From Lama guanicoe (Eukaryota): a DNA stretch of 64,000 nucleotides. Below are positions 13,288 through 24,327 of the stretch, piece by piece (within the stretch, counting starts at the first letter, position 1; each line of letters opens with the position of its first letter). The notes beneath the pieces were generated by a model. That model saw only the letters and a program-made list of their open reading frames with translations, ran no database searches and was not told the DNA's origin. Position numbers and translations under genes: made by a program. The stretch lies in contig MU053934.1 of the NCBI GenBank assembly GCA_013239625.1, positions 12,373,413 through 12,437,412 on the forward strand. The letters run 5' to 3'.

Positions 13288-16200
13288 CTGCAGGGGCAGC
13301 AGTGGTCAGGGGCAGGCGACCTCCAAGTGCGGCTGGCCAAGGTTGGGCAGGGCTGGAAGGCATCTCACCAGCCTCTCCCGAAGTTTCAAAACCAGGTCCA
13401 CGACCTCCACCTCGGACTTGTCCTTCATCCAGATCTCAATGTTCTGCTGGGAATAAGGTGGGGCATCTATATCACCCAGGCCCTCCCCCAGCCCTGGGCC
13501 TGTGACCCCCCCCAGCCCCCCTTACCGCCTCACAAATGGCCTCGAGGTGCAAGGCCTCCAGCTTCTGGGCCATCTCTTTGTGCCGCTGCCGGTACCAGCC
13601 ATCAAAATGGGGGGACTTGAAAAACCGCCTGTGGGGGGCAAGGGGCAGCAGCTATGGGGCTGATCTTGTACACCAAGGGGTAGGCACAGCCACCAGCAGC
13701 AGGAGCCCCAGGACCCTGCCTGCTGTCCACCCACCTGTAGAGGCCCAGCCAGTCGCCCTTAAGCATGCAGGTGAGCTGGGGCCCTGAGTGCTCCAGGCTA
13801 CGCAGGAAGTCATCCTGGCGGAAGGGGCGGATCTGGGGAGGGGTCTGAGACAAGGGCCAGGTGAGCCCAGGTGCCTGGGGGGAACTTGGCTGCTCAGGAC
13901 TTTCCCCCAGGGCACTTCCCAGACTCACTCCTAGGCCACTCACCCTCCTGGGACAGATCCTAGGGTGGCCCTTCCCAGAGAGGAGGACCTTGAGCCCCTC
14001 CATGTGGCCCCATTTCTCTGTCCTGTGAGGGACACCTGGCAGGTGTGAGGACAGCCTGGCCCTGGGGGGGGCTCCCACCCACCCATGACCTCCCTCACTC
14101 CCCCCAGCCCCACCCCGGACCACACCTTCCAGGGCGTGATGCTCTTCTGCAGGGGCATGAGGCTGGCCATGTAGTGCTCCTGCGGGGGGAGGAGGGTAAG
14201 CCTGGGCCTCAGCCCCCCCCTACCGTGGCCCTCCTCCCCAGGCCTCACCAGAGGGATGATGAAGCTCTGTGTCAGCTCCAGGAGGTGCCTCCTCAGCAGG
14301 GCGCTCAGCAGGTCTGAAGGCCGCTCCCTCTGCAGGCCCTGGGGGGGGAGGTGTGGGGGGGCAGCTGAGCCCGGAGCAGCGACAGCCTGGGCCCCCCTCA
14401 CCCCCGCCCTCCCGCCCCCAACCTGCACCTTCAGCAGCCGTCTGAGCAGAGCCTTGTCTCGGTGGAGGTGGGCCGTGTATGCCGTGTAGAGGCCTGGGGA
14501 GGGCAGGGTAGCAGTGTGCTCTCCTGGGGAGGGGGGCACTCCCTTCGGGGTGCTGGCGCATTGCCCACACCCACCTCACCCCAGTGCCTGCCCGGGTCCC
14601 GGGGGAGAGGGGCTCAGACCTGGCTTGGTGTCCAGGGTCTTCAGCCTTGAGGGCTTTTTCAGCTTGACCTGCTTAGGAAGGTCCCCTAGGAAACAAGCCC
14701 GAGGTGGGCCTCAGGGACCTTGTCTCGGTGGAGGTGGGCCGCGTCTGCCGTGCAGAGGCCTGGGGAGGGCAGGGTAGCAGTGTGCTCTCCTGGGGAGGGG
14801 GGCACTCCCTTCGGGGTGCTGGCGCATTGCCCACACCCACCTCACCCCAGTGCCTGCCCGGGTCCCGGGGGACAGGGGCTCAGACCTGGCTTGGTGTCCA
14901 GGGTCTTCAGCCTTGAGGGCTTTTTCAGCTTGACCTGCTTAGGAAGGTCCCCTAGGAAACAAGCCCGAGGTGGGCCTCAGGGCCGCAGTTCTGCCTCAGG
15001 CTCAGACCCCTCACAGACCCCAGGGCAGAGGCCACACTCACCTGACATCCTGGGCTCCCCGATGCGGAGGATGTGGGGCCAATGCTGGAGTGTTTTGATA
15101 AAGAAAGGGTTTGTGACCCCCAGGACCACGTTTGGTCTAGAGAGAGAGAGAGAGAGAGGAGGAGGAGGAGGAGGAGAAGGAGGAGGGAGGGGGAGGGGAG
15201 GCAGAGGCAGGAGGGCAGGCAGAGAGGGCTGTGCAGGAGGCTTACGGGGCCTGCGTGCGCGTCGTGAACTCCTTGAACTCACTGTCGTGGACGGTGAAGT
15301 AAGGGCGGTAGTCGCAGCAGAACTTGAGGGGCTGCAGGCAGCTGTGGGGCGGGGGCACAGCGGGGCAGTGAGCATGGCAGGGCTGGTCCAGAGCCCCTAC
15401 TCCCCTCCCACTGCTGCCTGGCCCACCTGGTCAAGGCCAGCACCATCTCCGAGGACACGGCAGGTGAGGGTGCCAGGACCACCAGTGGCTCCCCGAGGAG
15501 CATGAGCTCCCACAGCATCTGCACGTGGGCCAGCACGGGCTGGAAGCACCTGGGCCAGGCAAGGGTGTCGGGGGCCGCGCAAGGCTGGAGGCCCCCCAGC
15601 CCATGACCACCCCCCACCATGGGCACAGGCAGGCCCAGCTCGGGTGAACACCAGGCACCACACCAGAATAAAGACGGGGACGGGAAAGGATGTCTGAAGA
15701 TACTGCCCCACACTCCGCTGGCCCACCTGTGTCGCCTGACCCTGTGCCCCACGTGTCTGAGGCTGGCAGCCCTGGCTCCCGCCGGGCCCAGCGCAGAACA
15801 GAACGGTCTCCAAAGGCAGAGCCCCTGGAGACTCTCCCAGAGTGGGCAGCATCAGGCAGTAAGTCTCCCAACATGCCACTCCCCTCCGGCACCCACCTGC
15901 CAGGACCTCACTTCCAGCCCAGAGTGCCCACTGCCTCTGGGTGCAGACCCTGGGACCCCGGGCTCTTCTGCGTGATTCTCCCCCACAGAACTGGCCAGGA
16001 GCTGACTCCGGCGGGGCCGAGCCCCCCACAGCTCCGCCCCCACCCCACAGGCCTGAGCCTTGCGGGCTGACTGGTCAGTCATCTACTGGGGCAGCAGGCA
16101 GTGGCTGGCAGGGCTCACCTGAACAGGTCCAGTTCGTGGACACTGCTGAGGACCACGGGGGCTGGGAGCAGGTTCTGAGAAGAGGGGGCTGGGGTCAGGC

Positions 16201-19200
16201 TGAGGGCGAGGCTGGTGATCCACAGGCCTCAAGCAGCACCTCTCACCCCAGGGCAGCCCCTGTCCACATGCCTCCCAGCCCCACAGTGACAGCAGGGCCC
16301 CCGTGTCTCTGCCGGTGGGCCAGGGCAAGAGATGGTGGTGAGCTCCCAGCCCTACACTGGGACACAGGCCAACCTCAGGCCCTCAGCTGGTGGGATGGGG
16401 AGGCCCAAGTGAGTGGAGAATTGAGGCAGGTGTAGTGCCACTGGCCCAGGAGCGGGGGCTCCCACCTCATGGCCGCACTGCTTTGGAGGACTGGATTCTG
16501 GCTTGTCTGCCCTGGATGGGATGTGCACCTGGGGACCAAGGAAGCAGCTGCCAGTGGGAGTGGGTATCTACATGCACCTGGGCCTTCCCACCCCTGCCAG
16601 CCAGCCCTTACCTGGAGGACGACTCCCATGACAGGCAGGTTCAGGGTCTGCCCAGGCATGGGGGCTGGCCACTGGTCAATCTCACTGCACACTGTGAACA
16701 CAGGTGGCCAGGGTCAGGGGCCTGCCCTGAGAGGACGCTGCCAGCCAAAGCTGCTGAGGCTACAGCCAGGTTGACGGGACCGCTCCGGTCGCACCTGACA
16801 GCCACTCACCCGCTTCCAGACAGGGCACCAGCTTGTCGAAGTACTCAGGGGCAATCAGGCTCAGCAGTGCCTGGAAGAGCCGGACAAAGGGCAGGCGGGA
16901 CACCAGCACCAGAGACTGCAGGGCCCAAAGGCCGGTGAGACGTCACCTCGGCCACTCAGGACCCTGCAGGGACCTCTGAGACCTGGCTCATCCAGAGTCC
17001 GCCCAGGGCAGGACGTCCTACCTACTCCATAGCACAGCTGTCCCCAGGAATTTGGGACTCTGGGGTTATTAGAAAACCCCAATGACAGCAGGGCGGGGCA
17101 GGACCCCAGCCTTCAGAGGGGAATGCACGTGGCCAAGATTTCTGGTCCCACGGGTCAAACAAGAGTGTCTTTTGGTGTTTGAGTTCAAGACTGAAGTTGT
17201 CCTAATCTTGAAAAGGTGATGAGGGCCGCCCTCCCACCAGCAGCAAGGGACAGGGATGTCCTGGGCCCAGACACAGAGCTGTGGGTGCTGTTCTGGGCGA
17301 GGATGGGGCAGCAGGGCCTACTGCCCTGGCAGCTCAGTGGCAGTCCCTCCCTGTGGCTGCTGGCCCCCGCCTCCCTGCAGCACCACCTCAGAATGGCCAG
17401 GGGCTCACCTTCTGGAAGTAGCCCCTCTTCACGGAGCTGTCCTTCACTTGTCTGAAGTACACGTAGCCAAAGTAGTGTGCAGCCTCCCTCTGGAAGGAGT
17501 GGTGTCGGCCAGGCCCTACCCACTGCCCAGGCTTCCTCCTGCCCGCCTGGACCCAGCCATGGGGTCAGGCCTGGGAGTCGTGGCCCAGAAGGCGGGCAAC
17601 TCCTCTTTGAGGGACGTCTCCACAGACACAGTGGTGAGCAGTCTGGGGGCTGGGCACATCTGGAGACTTCTGCTGGCCTCCACACACCAAGCCATACCCT
17701 GGTGCACACCTGGTGCACTGGAAAAGCTCCAGGGACCCTGGCAAGTCCTCAGAAGGGCTGCCCCCCTCCAAATCAAGGCCAGGCTGCTGGGCCCAGCTTT
17801 CAGCAGTTGGAGACCCTCTCCCGCCACACAGCCAGACGCCTTGAAGGGGCTACTCGTACCCGCCTGACCCTGGCCCACAAGGAGAGGCAGCCCTGGCCCA
17901 CCTGCAGAGACACGGGGACCCCGCTGTCACCGTGCCTGTCATCTGGGTGCCAGAGGTGCCGCTGCCCTCCACACTGACGAATGCGGAAGCTGAACTGAGT
18001 GTCCCCGAGGCAGCCTGGGGAGGGAGGTGGTCCCCTTAAGCTGTGTCAGGTTGGACCCTCTCCTGCCAGTGTGCGGGGGCAGGGGACCAGGGGTGGAGGG
18101 GTTGGCCTCTGCTGGGCTGTAAACGCCTCAGAGAGAAAGCCCAGCCCTCTGGGTCTGCATCTGCCAACCGGGGTCCCTGCATCCTGATTCCTGCACCTGA
18201 GGGTTCACATTCAGTGCGTGGAATGGCACCTGCAGTGTGCACAAGCGCCGGCGGGGGGCCCGAGATCTCAGCGTGGGCCGGCTTAGTCTGCCTGGGATGG
18301 AAGCCAGGCTGCCAGGGCACCTGAGCCCGGTAAGGAGCAGCAGCTGGGCCCCAGCTCCTGGTGGCCCCTCTGGTGAAGGAGACCACAGCCTGCTGGTCCC
18401 TCTTCCAGAGATATGTCTCCCCATAGGACCCAGGGGAGCCTGGCCGCCCTGCTGCAGCTGGGGATCTGGGAGTCTCTACAAAGCTGAGGGTAGGGCAGGT
18501 GCTCACTGTGCAGGCCTGGCCTCCTCTCCCCCGGCCCCAGAGCCCACCTCCAGGTGGGAGGGTTGGGATTGCCTACCTGAGTGGGAGTCGGGAAAGGACA
18601 AGTAGCAGATGCTACTTTTCTGAAACACAGGAAACCGGGTGAGGGCCTGCTCCCCAGGCGATGTCCGTTCCCAAAGGGCAGGACCCACCTCCTTGTCCGT
18701 GAGCCGGGAGTCGCTGGGGTACACCAGCTGTGGGGGACAGAGACTCAGTCGTGCGGCTGGGCGGGTTTGGAGCTGCAGGCATGTCCCCTTACGCCCTGCC
18801 CCACACCCCAGCACTGCCCCACACCCCTCCCCTCCAGCTCCCTGCTGACCCTTCCCCTCCTCTCCTCTGGGGCCCCCCACCTCCCCAGGACCTTCTCAGC
18901 GGGAGGCCAGCACACACCTGGGCGAGATCCCAGATTCCCTTCTCACACTCTTCCCCTCAACGCCACTCGTCTGAACTGTGGCACGGGGCCCCGGCCTCCA
19001 GGTGTGGGAAGTCTGTCTGAAGCTGTGCCATTCCTTGGGCCCACTCCCTCAGACTGGGCCTGGCCAGTCTTTACTCAGAAGTCATGGGCACTGGCCTCCC
19101 TGTCTCTGAGCATCTTCACCCCAACCCTCTTAGTCAGGGGTCTGGGGGCTTCCGGCCTGTGCCCCATTCAGAGTGGGCCCGGGAGAGCACCCTGGGTCCC

Positions 19201-22200
19201 AGCAGTGTGCAGTGTGACCAGCTGGACAAGCTTTACACTCCCCAGGCATGAAAGCGCAGGCTGAGTGATCCGGGAGACGGCCTTCTCTGGGGGAGGTGGG
19301 CAGGAGGCCCAGGCAGCACCCAGCCCAACAGCTCCGTACACGGGCCAACGGCCAGAATGGATTTCCTTGCAGGAAAATAAAAAGGCAGGAGCTTCCAGAG
19401 CCCTCACTCTCCACGGGTCCCCAGGTGTTTCCTTAGGAGCTGGTGGACCCTGGGCGTCTCCGTTGCCCTGGTCTGCTTGGATGCAATGGGCTGGCTGTCC
19501 CAGGAAGTGGCCGTGCCTGCCGGGAGCCCATGCAGCCCAGGAGCTGAGGGCCTGTATGCATGGGCCCCTCCTCCCTCCATCTGCCAAACTCCTATGCTGA
19601 GGAGGAGTTGGGTTTTAGCTGCAATGAGGCTTCTTCTGGGGTGTGCCCTGAACCCCTAGATGGTGAAGTGCTGCATCCTGGGATTTGCACGGTTGGAATG
19701 ATGCGGCTTCTGCCCTTGTTTGCTCTGGGCTCGCTGCTAGGGTCCTGTTGTCTCCTCTGCTGCACACCACACATCCCGAGGACAGGGACTGGGCCCTGGT
19801 ACTTTTGCCTCCCAGCCCCTGGTGGGGAGCAGACCCTTACCAGACACTGTATAGGCACACTTTGCTGTACTGTGCTTCACAGACGTTGCGTTTTTTTACA
19901 AATTAAAGATTTGTTGCAACCCTGTGACCAGCAAGTCTATTGGTGCCACTTTTCCAACAGCATTTGCTCAGTTTGTGTCTGCATCACATTCTGGAAATTT
20001 TTGCAACATTTCAAACTTTCTCATTATATTTGTTACAGTGACCTGTGATCAGCGATTTTTGATGTTACTATACTGCAAAAAGATAATGACTTGCTAAAGG
20101 CTCAAATGATAGCGTTTTTTAGCAAGAAAGCATTTGTTTTCCTATTTTTTGGTGGGGGGGAGATAATTAGGTTTATTTATTTATTTGTTTGTTTGTTTAT
20201 TTATCTATTTATTTATATTTATTTATGCTAAGCACACACTCTACCACTGGGCTATGCCTTCCCTGAAACATCACTTCTATACTTCCTTTTTTTTTTTTTA
20301 CTATTACCACGTTTAATAAAATTAACAATAATTCCTTAACATCATCTAATACCCAATCCATATTCAAACTCCCCAGCAGTCTCAACAAATGCCTTTTTTA
20401 ACAGCTGATTTTTCGGAATCAGGATCTAACAACTTTTATATTTCCTAGCACATTTGTGTGACTTGCTTTATTGCAGGGGTCTGAAAACAAACCCGCAGCA
20501 TCTCTGAGGTGTGCCTGTATTTGCGGAATGTATGAAAACACGCCTATAAAGTATAATGAACAGGTGGATCATGTGGAAACCTCAAGATGTCAGCTAAGGA
20601 GGCACCGAGGAAGAAGGGGAGCCAGCCACTGTTTGTGCAGCTGGACCCACAGAGGTTCTGGGATGGCTCCTACTTGGGCCACGCCCCTGTGTGTTGTGTT
20701 GAGGAGAGTGGAGGAAAGGTAGATGCCTGGCAGCCAGGGCAGGGCCACGAAGGGCCCTCGGTGCTGAGGTCGGGCACTGAATCTGGTCTGCAGCCGCAGG
20801 AGTCTCGTAGCATCTGAGCAGGCCCCACATCCATGTCCAGGGTCTCCATGTCCAGGGGCTGGAAGCTGAGGCCAGAAGGGAGGCCATGCCCTGGCAAGGT
20901 AAGAAATGGCGCAGCCCTTGGAGAGAGGCAGAGGGCAGGAGGCTGTTCAGTGAACCCTGCCCCCGGGCCCGTGGAAGTCCCGTCCTTTCCACCGAGCTGG
21001 GCACGCAGGCTGCTGCTCCTGTAACCCAGTCGTCCCTGAGGAAGAGATGCGTGAGCTCTGCTTTCAGGTGCCTCCAGGGAAGTGCCTCTTAAAGTGTGGT
21101 GTGGGTCCCCGGCTCCTGGAGGTCCAACTGCCTTTCCCACTCCCGTCTCCTTGCTGTGTGTACCTTCTAGACGCTGTGACACAGGCCGTCGAGGGGTAGC
21201 CCTGAAGCCAATGGGAGAATCCAGCTGCCTGCTATTTGGCCAGATGTTAGTAAGGGTTGTAGAAGTGTCAAATAATGCCACTCTCCTAAGTTTGTTATTG
21301 AAAACATGGTTGTTTTGTGGAAGTATTCATAGTTCTATTAATATGTAAGGTATTTGTGTTTTCACAGTAGATTAATAAGTGTTTTTAAATTCTCTCAGGA
21401 CTCCTGGAGGGCCGGGCCCTGTCTTCTTGTGCAGCTGTGTCCCTGTGTCCAGCACCAACAGTGCTGGGCCTGGCTGGTGGCAGCTGCTCAGTACTTGACT
21501 TATTGAATAAACGAATGGACAGCTCCTTGCCTTTGCTTTTGCTGGCCTTTTCAGGGGAAGGGTTCCTGCAACAGCCCCCTCTCCCCTGTCCAGCTGCCTC
21601 CCTCTCATCCTCCAAGATCTGGCCCAGCCCCATCCCTTCCTCTCAGCTGTGTCTGTCCCTGAAGTCTCAGTGATCCATGAGCCCCTGGAAGGCAGTCCCT
21701 GGTCTTCCGTCACATCCCAGCACCAAGGGCAGCGCCAGAGCCTTCGTGGTGCTCAGTCAGGCCCAGCCCTGCATAAGTGAGTGCAGGGCAAGTGCTCCCT
21801 GAACGCCTGTGGTTTCGGCTGAAGCGAACCTGATCTTCCCCATGATTTCCAGGGGAGGGAGAAACGGCAAGGATGAGGGCTGCGTGGTCGCAAGGCCTGA
21901 TTCCTGCAGACTTGACAATGAGGGGGTCCCTGGGTGACTCCTTCCCAGCTATACAGCCTCAGCCAAAGCTCAGAAGCCCAAGCACACGGATCTCTTAAGA
22001 ATTCTTGCTTGAATGGTTATGTTCCAGAAAATTACACATGAGAGAATGCCTTAAGGAAACAGTGGGCTCTCTCCTCCTGCGATTTTACTGGGAACAATCT
22101 GGGCACCGGTAAGATGGCGACGGGCTCTGTGATGTTGGGCAAATCACCTCACCTCTCTGTGCTCAAGTCCCTCTGGCGAGCAGGGCTGTCACAGTAGCGC

Positions 22201-23304
22201 ACGCCAGGTGGGGACAGGTGGGAATGAATGGGGTCTCCACAGAGAGTTGGGCAGTGTCAGCCCTTTCTGTTTATGAGACTTGGGCTTCCCCTGGCCTCAC
22301 AGAGTTCAGCTAGGCCTTGGAAAACACCCCTCATCCTGACGTTGGCTTTCCCAACAAAGGTGGATCAGCCTCATCGTTGCCAACTGCAGTCACAGGACCC
22401 ACCGCCTCTTGGGCTCTCAGAAAGTTCCTTCACCGGTGTGACGTCTACCTCCCAGCCTCCCTTGCACCAATCAGCTCCAGGGTCTGTGTCATGGCCTTCA
22501 GGGCAGGCGGAAGGCCTCACTCCCTGAGTCTCACATTTCCACTTAGACCCACTTGGGTGGGGGGTGGGGAAGTTTTGCAGGCAGAGGGAACACCCCAGGC
22601 TGGCTGGGCTGAGTGTGGCCAGTCAACAGAAGGATGACCACTGTGGCTGGAATGTGACCCCAACGGGTCTGGATGTGATTCTAAGTGAACAAGAAAATGT
22701 CTAAAGATTTTAAGCAGGAGAGCCACAAAGGGTGGACTTCCGGGAACAGCTGAAAAGGCAATGGAACTGAGATCCCTGCTGGAGGTGGAGCTGTCAGTCT
22801 TGCCCACGGATGGATGTGGGGTGGAGGGAGGGGGAGTCAGGAGTGACCCCTGGGATTCTGGCTGGAGTAGGGGAGAAGGTATTGTGGCTAGTGTGAGGAC
22901 AGATTTTTATTGGGGAAAAAAATCAGGAGTACCACTTTGGCTACCCAAAGCGCAGGGCTCCTCTCGCCGCCCTCCCAGCCGGAGGTCTTGGCTACTGGCC
23001 TTTCATTCCTTTGCTGGGGCGCACCTTTTCGGGGATGACCGGTGCAGGATTTCGGAGATGGAGAGGCCATCGGGGGGCCTGCCGGGGGTACCTCACACGC
23101 ACAGGAGGGCCCGCCCTCCCCGGCCCCGCCGCGCCCCCTCACCTCCAGCGCCTGGCCCAGCTCCAGGTCGAAGGTGACCACGCACACGCACTCCAGCCAG
23201 GCCGAGAAGCGCGCCCAGGGCGCCCCCGGAGCCCGCGTCGCGGAGGACGGCGCGCCGGGGCGGCCGCGAGCCGGGTGAGGCGCTGCACCGGGCCCAGCGT
23301 CCAT
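13165..23304 (-). CDS. DENND6B: DENN domain-containing protein 6B (FAM116B; Rab GEF family), 20 coding exons, 580 aa
   Basis: Exons joined manually at GT-AG sites: 23143-23304, 18689-18727, 18577-18619, 17902-18014, 17409-17489, 16810-16915, 16612-16691, 16466-16528, 16119-16174, 15427-15549, 15246-15341, 15042-15136, 14886-14951 (or identical 14620-14685), 14429-14493, 14249-14338, 14126-14179, 13735-13844, 13526-13628, 13369-13443, 13165-13287. Total 1743 nt, open frame, MDAGPG...[25 protein letters not shown]...DLQVVLCSP*, recognisable as DENND6B. Confidence 0.97.
13369..13443 (-). CDS. DENND6B: DENND6B exon 19 (may start at 13446 via tandem CAGCAG acceptor)
   Basis: [25 protein letters not shown]; donor GTGAG. 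Confidence 0.93.
13526..13628 (-). CDS. DENND6B: DENND6B exon 18
   Basis: [37 protein letters not shown] / GTAAG. Confidence 0.95.
13735..13844 (-). CDS. DENND6B: DENND6B exon 17
   Basis: [36 protein letters not shown](R); CAG / GTGGG. Confidence 0.95.
14126..14179 (-). CDS. DENND6B: DENND6B exon 16
   Basis: [21 protein letters not shown] / GTGTG. Confidence 0.95.
14249..14338 (-). CDS. DENND6B: DENND6B exon 15
   Basis: [33 protein letters not shown] / GTGAG. Confidence 0.95.
14429..14493 (-). CDS. DENND6B: DENND6B exon 14
   Basis: (G)[24 protein letters not shown] / GTGCA. Confidence 0.95.
14620..14685 (-). CDS. DENND6B: DENND6B exon 13, downstream copy (B), identical to copy A
   Basis: Same 66 nt and splice sites as 14886-14951, offset 266 bp. 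Confidence 0.8.
14886..14951 (-). CDS. DENND6B: DENND6B exon 13, upstream copy (A)
   Basis: (G)[21 protein letters not shown](G); 66 nt, phase 1-1; TAG / GTCTG. Confidence 0.8.
15042..15136 (-). CDS. DENND6B: DENND6B exon 12
   Basis: [31 protein letters not shown](G); TAG / GTGAG. Confidence 0.95.
15139..15201. repeat. (AG)10 plus (GGA)n pure-purine tract
   Basis: 63 consecutive purines on the + strand. Confidence 0.95.
15246..15341 (-). CDS. DENND6B: DENND6B exon 11
   Basis: [31 protein letters not shown](P); CAG / GTAAG. Confidence 0.95.
15427..15549 (-). CDS. DENND6B: DENND6B exon 10
   Basis: [40 protein letters not shown](S); CAG / GTGGG. Confidence 0.95.
16119..16174 (-). CDS. DENND6B: DENND6B exon 9
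   Basis: [18 protein letters not shown](R); CAG / GTGAG. Confidence 0.95.
16466..16528 (-). CDS. DENND6B: DENND6B exon 8
   Basis: [24 protein letters not shown] / GTGGG. Confidence 0.93.
16612..16691 (-). CDS. DENND6B: DENND6B exon 7
   Basis: (V)[29 protein letters not shown] / GTAAG. Confidence 0.95.
16810..16915 (-). CDS. DENND6B: DENND6B exon 6
   Basis: [38 protein letters not shown] / GTGAG. Confidence 0.95.
17409..17489 (-). CDS. DENND6B: DENND6B exon 5
   Basis: [30 protein letters not shown] / GTGAG. Confidence 0.95.
17902..18014 (-). CDS. DENND6B: DENND6B exon 4
   Basis: (G)[40 protein letters not shown] / GTGGG. Confidence 0.95.
18577..18619 (-). CDS. DENND6B: DENND6B exon 3
   Basis: [14 protein letters not shown](G); CAG / GTAGG. 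Confidence 0.95.
18689..18727 (-). CDS. DENND6B: DENND6B exon 2
   Basis: [16 protein letters not shown] acceptor, GTGGG donor. Confidence 0.95.
19852..20517 (+). mobile_element. Internally deleted Tigger1-type DNA transposon with nested inserts
   Basis: Inverted ends (t/c)aggcacac...gtgtgcctg flanked by TA; internal sequence matches Tigger1 ends as recalled. Confidence 0.8.
20150..20263 (-). mobile_element. Partly deleted Vic-1-like tRNA-derived SINE
   Basis: atgctaagca...ctaccactgggctatgccttccc head plus taattaggtttattt tail shared with other copies. Confidence 0.7.
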
Positions 23305-23800
23305 GGCGGCAGCTGCAGGGCAGGGCGCGCGCTGCCCGGGAACGGCCGCGCGTTGTCGGGGGAACGGCCGCAGGCGGCGGCCTGGGCTCACACGGGCCGC
23401 GCAGTCGAGCGGCCGCCGCGGACCAGAGCGGCTCGCGCAGCCGCGGCCTCGCACGCCCCTGGCGGCCGGAGGAGCGCCCTGCGGCGGAGCGGAGCCCTAC
23501 TCACCAACGAGAAGGGCCTGCTGGCGCAGAGGGGCCCCGCGCCTGGAGAAGGGACTTCCGGTGGGGCGTGTGGCCCGAGCAGGGGCGGGTTAGGCCGGGG
23601 TCGCGGGGCGCCCCGCGGCCGGGCCGGGGCGAGGCTGGGTGCCCCACCTCCGGCCAGTTCTCCTAACCAGAGTTCTTCGCTACTGATCTCCCTTTCCTCC
23701 GCCGTCACACACGGCTCCGCGCCTCCTTCGAGTCTCCTGCCTGGGGTCGGCCCCCTCCCCCCGTGGGGGTCCCGCGGAGGGTGTCACGTCCTGCGTTTGT
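23000..23800 (-). promoter_or_regulatory. DENND6B CpG-island promoter
   Basis: Dense CpG around exon 1; ETS-type ACTTCCGGT 23554-23562, KLF/Sp GGGGCGTG 23563-23570, GC box GGGGCGGG 23582-23589. Confidence 0.85.
23143..23304 (-). CDS. DENND6B: DENND6B coding exon 1
   Basis: gccgccATGG Kozak start; [10 protein letters not shown]...[10 protein letters not shown]; donor GAG|GTGAG. Confidence 0.95.
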
Positions 23801-23914
23801 GTCTATTTTCTGAGGAGGAGGTAATTAGGTTTCTTCATTGATTTCCGCTTGGAGGAGTTATACAGCACTTTTGCCTACAGTCTATGGGCCGAAACTAGTC
23901 AGAGAAGGCAGTAT

Positions 23915-24175
23915 GTCAAGGGAACCAGAGAGAAACTGGTAGATGCCACACAGCTGGGAAGATGGAGGAAGGGACCATGAGCCAAGGAATGCAGGAGGCC
24001 TCCAGAAGCTAGAACAGGCAAGGAACATCCTCCCCTAAAGCCTCCAGAAGGAAGGCAGTTTTGCTGACACCTTGATTTTAGCCCCGGAAAAGTTCAGAAT
24101 TCTCACGTCCAGAACTGTAAGATAATAAATGTGCATTGTTTCAAGCCACTGAGTTTTTGGTAATATGAAAGTAAC
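23915..24175 (+). mobile_element. MaLR LTR (MLT1-like)
   Basis: gccaaggaatgc...ctccagaag...gacaccttgattttag...ccagaactgtaagataataaat...aagccact motifs. Confidence 0.8.
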
Positions 24176-24327
24176 ACATACGATATGCAGTCTTTTCTTT
24201 CTGGTTCCTTCACTTAGAGTAATATTTTTGAGCTTTATCCATGTTGTTGCCTATATCAGTGGTCTGTTCCTTCTTCTGAATAGTATTCCATTGTCCGGGT
24301 ATGTGACATTTTCTTTACCCACTACAG

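Larger units (their letters stand above)
14452..14982. repeat. Tandem duplication, 266-bp period (14452-14716 / 14718-14982)
   Basis: Direct comparison gives 4 substitutions (14476/14742, 14479/14745, 14487/14753, 14607/14873) and one junction base at 14717. Confidence 0.95.

Noticed and set aside
23305..23454. Apparent 50-aa N-terminal extension of DENND6B
   Set aside because: Starts at GTG in a CpG island, while ATG 23304 has a strong Kozak context and matches the known N-terminus.
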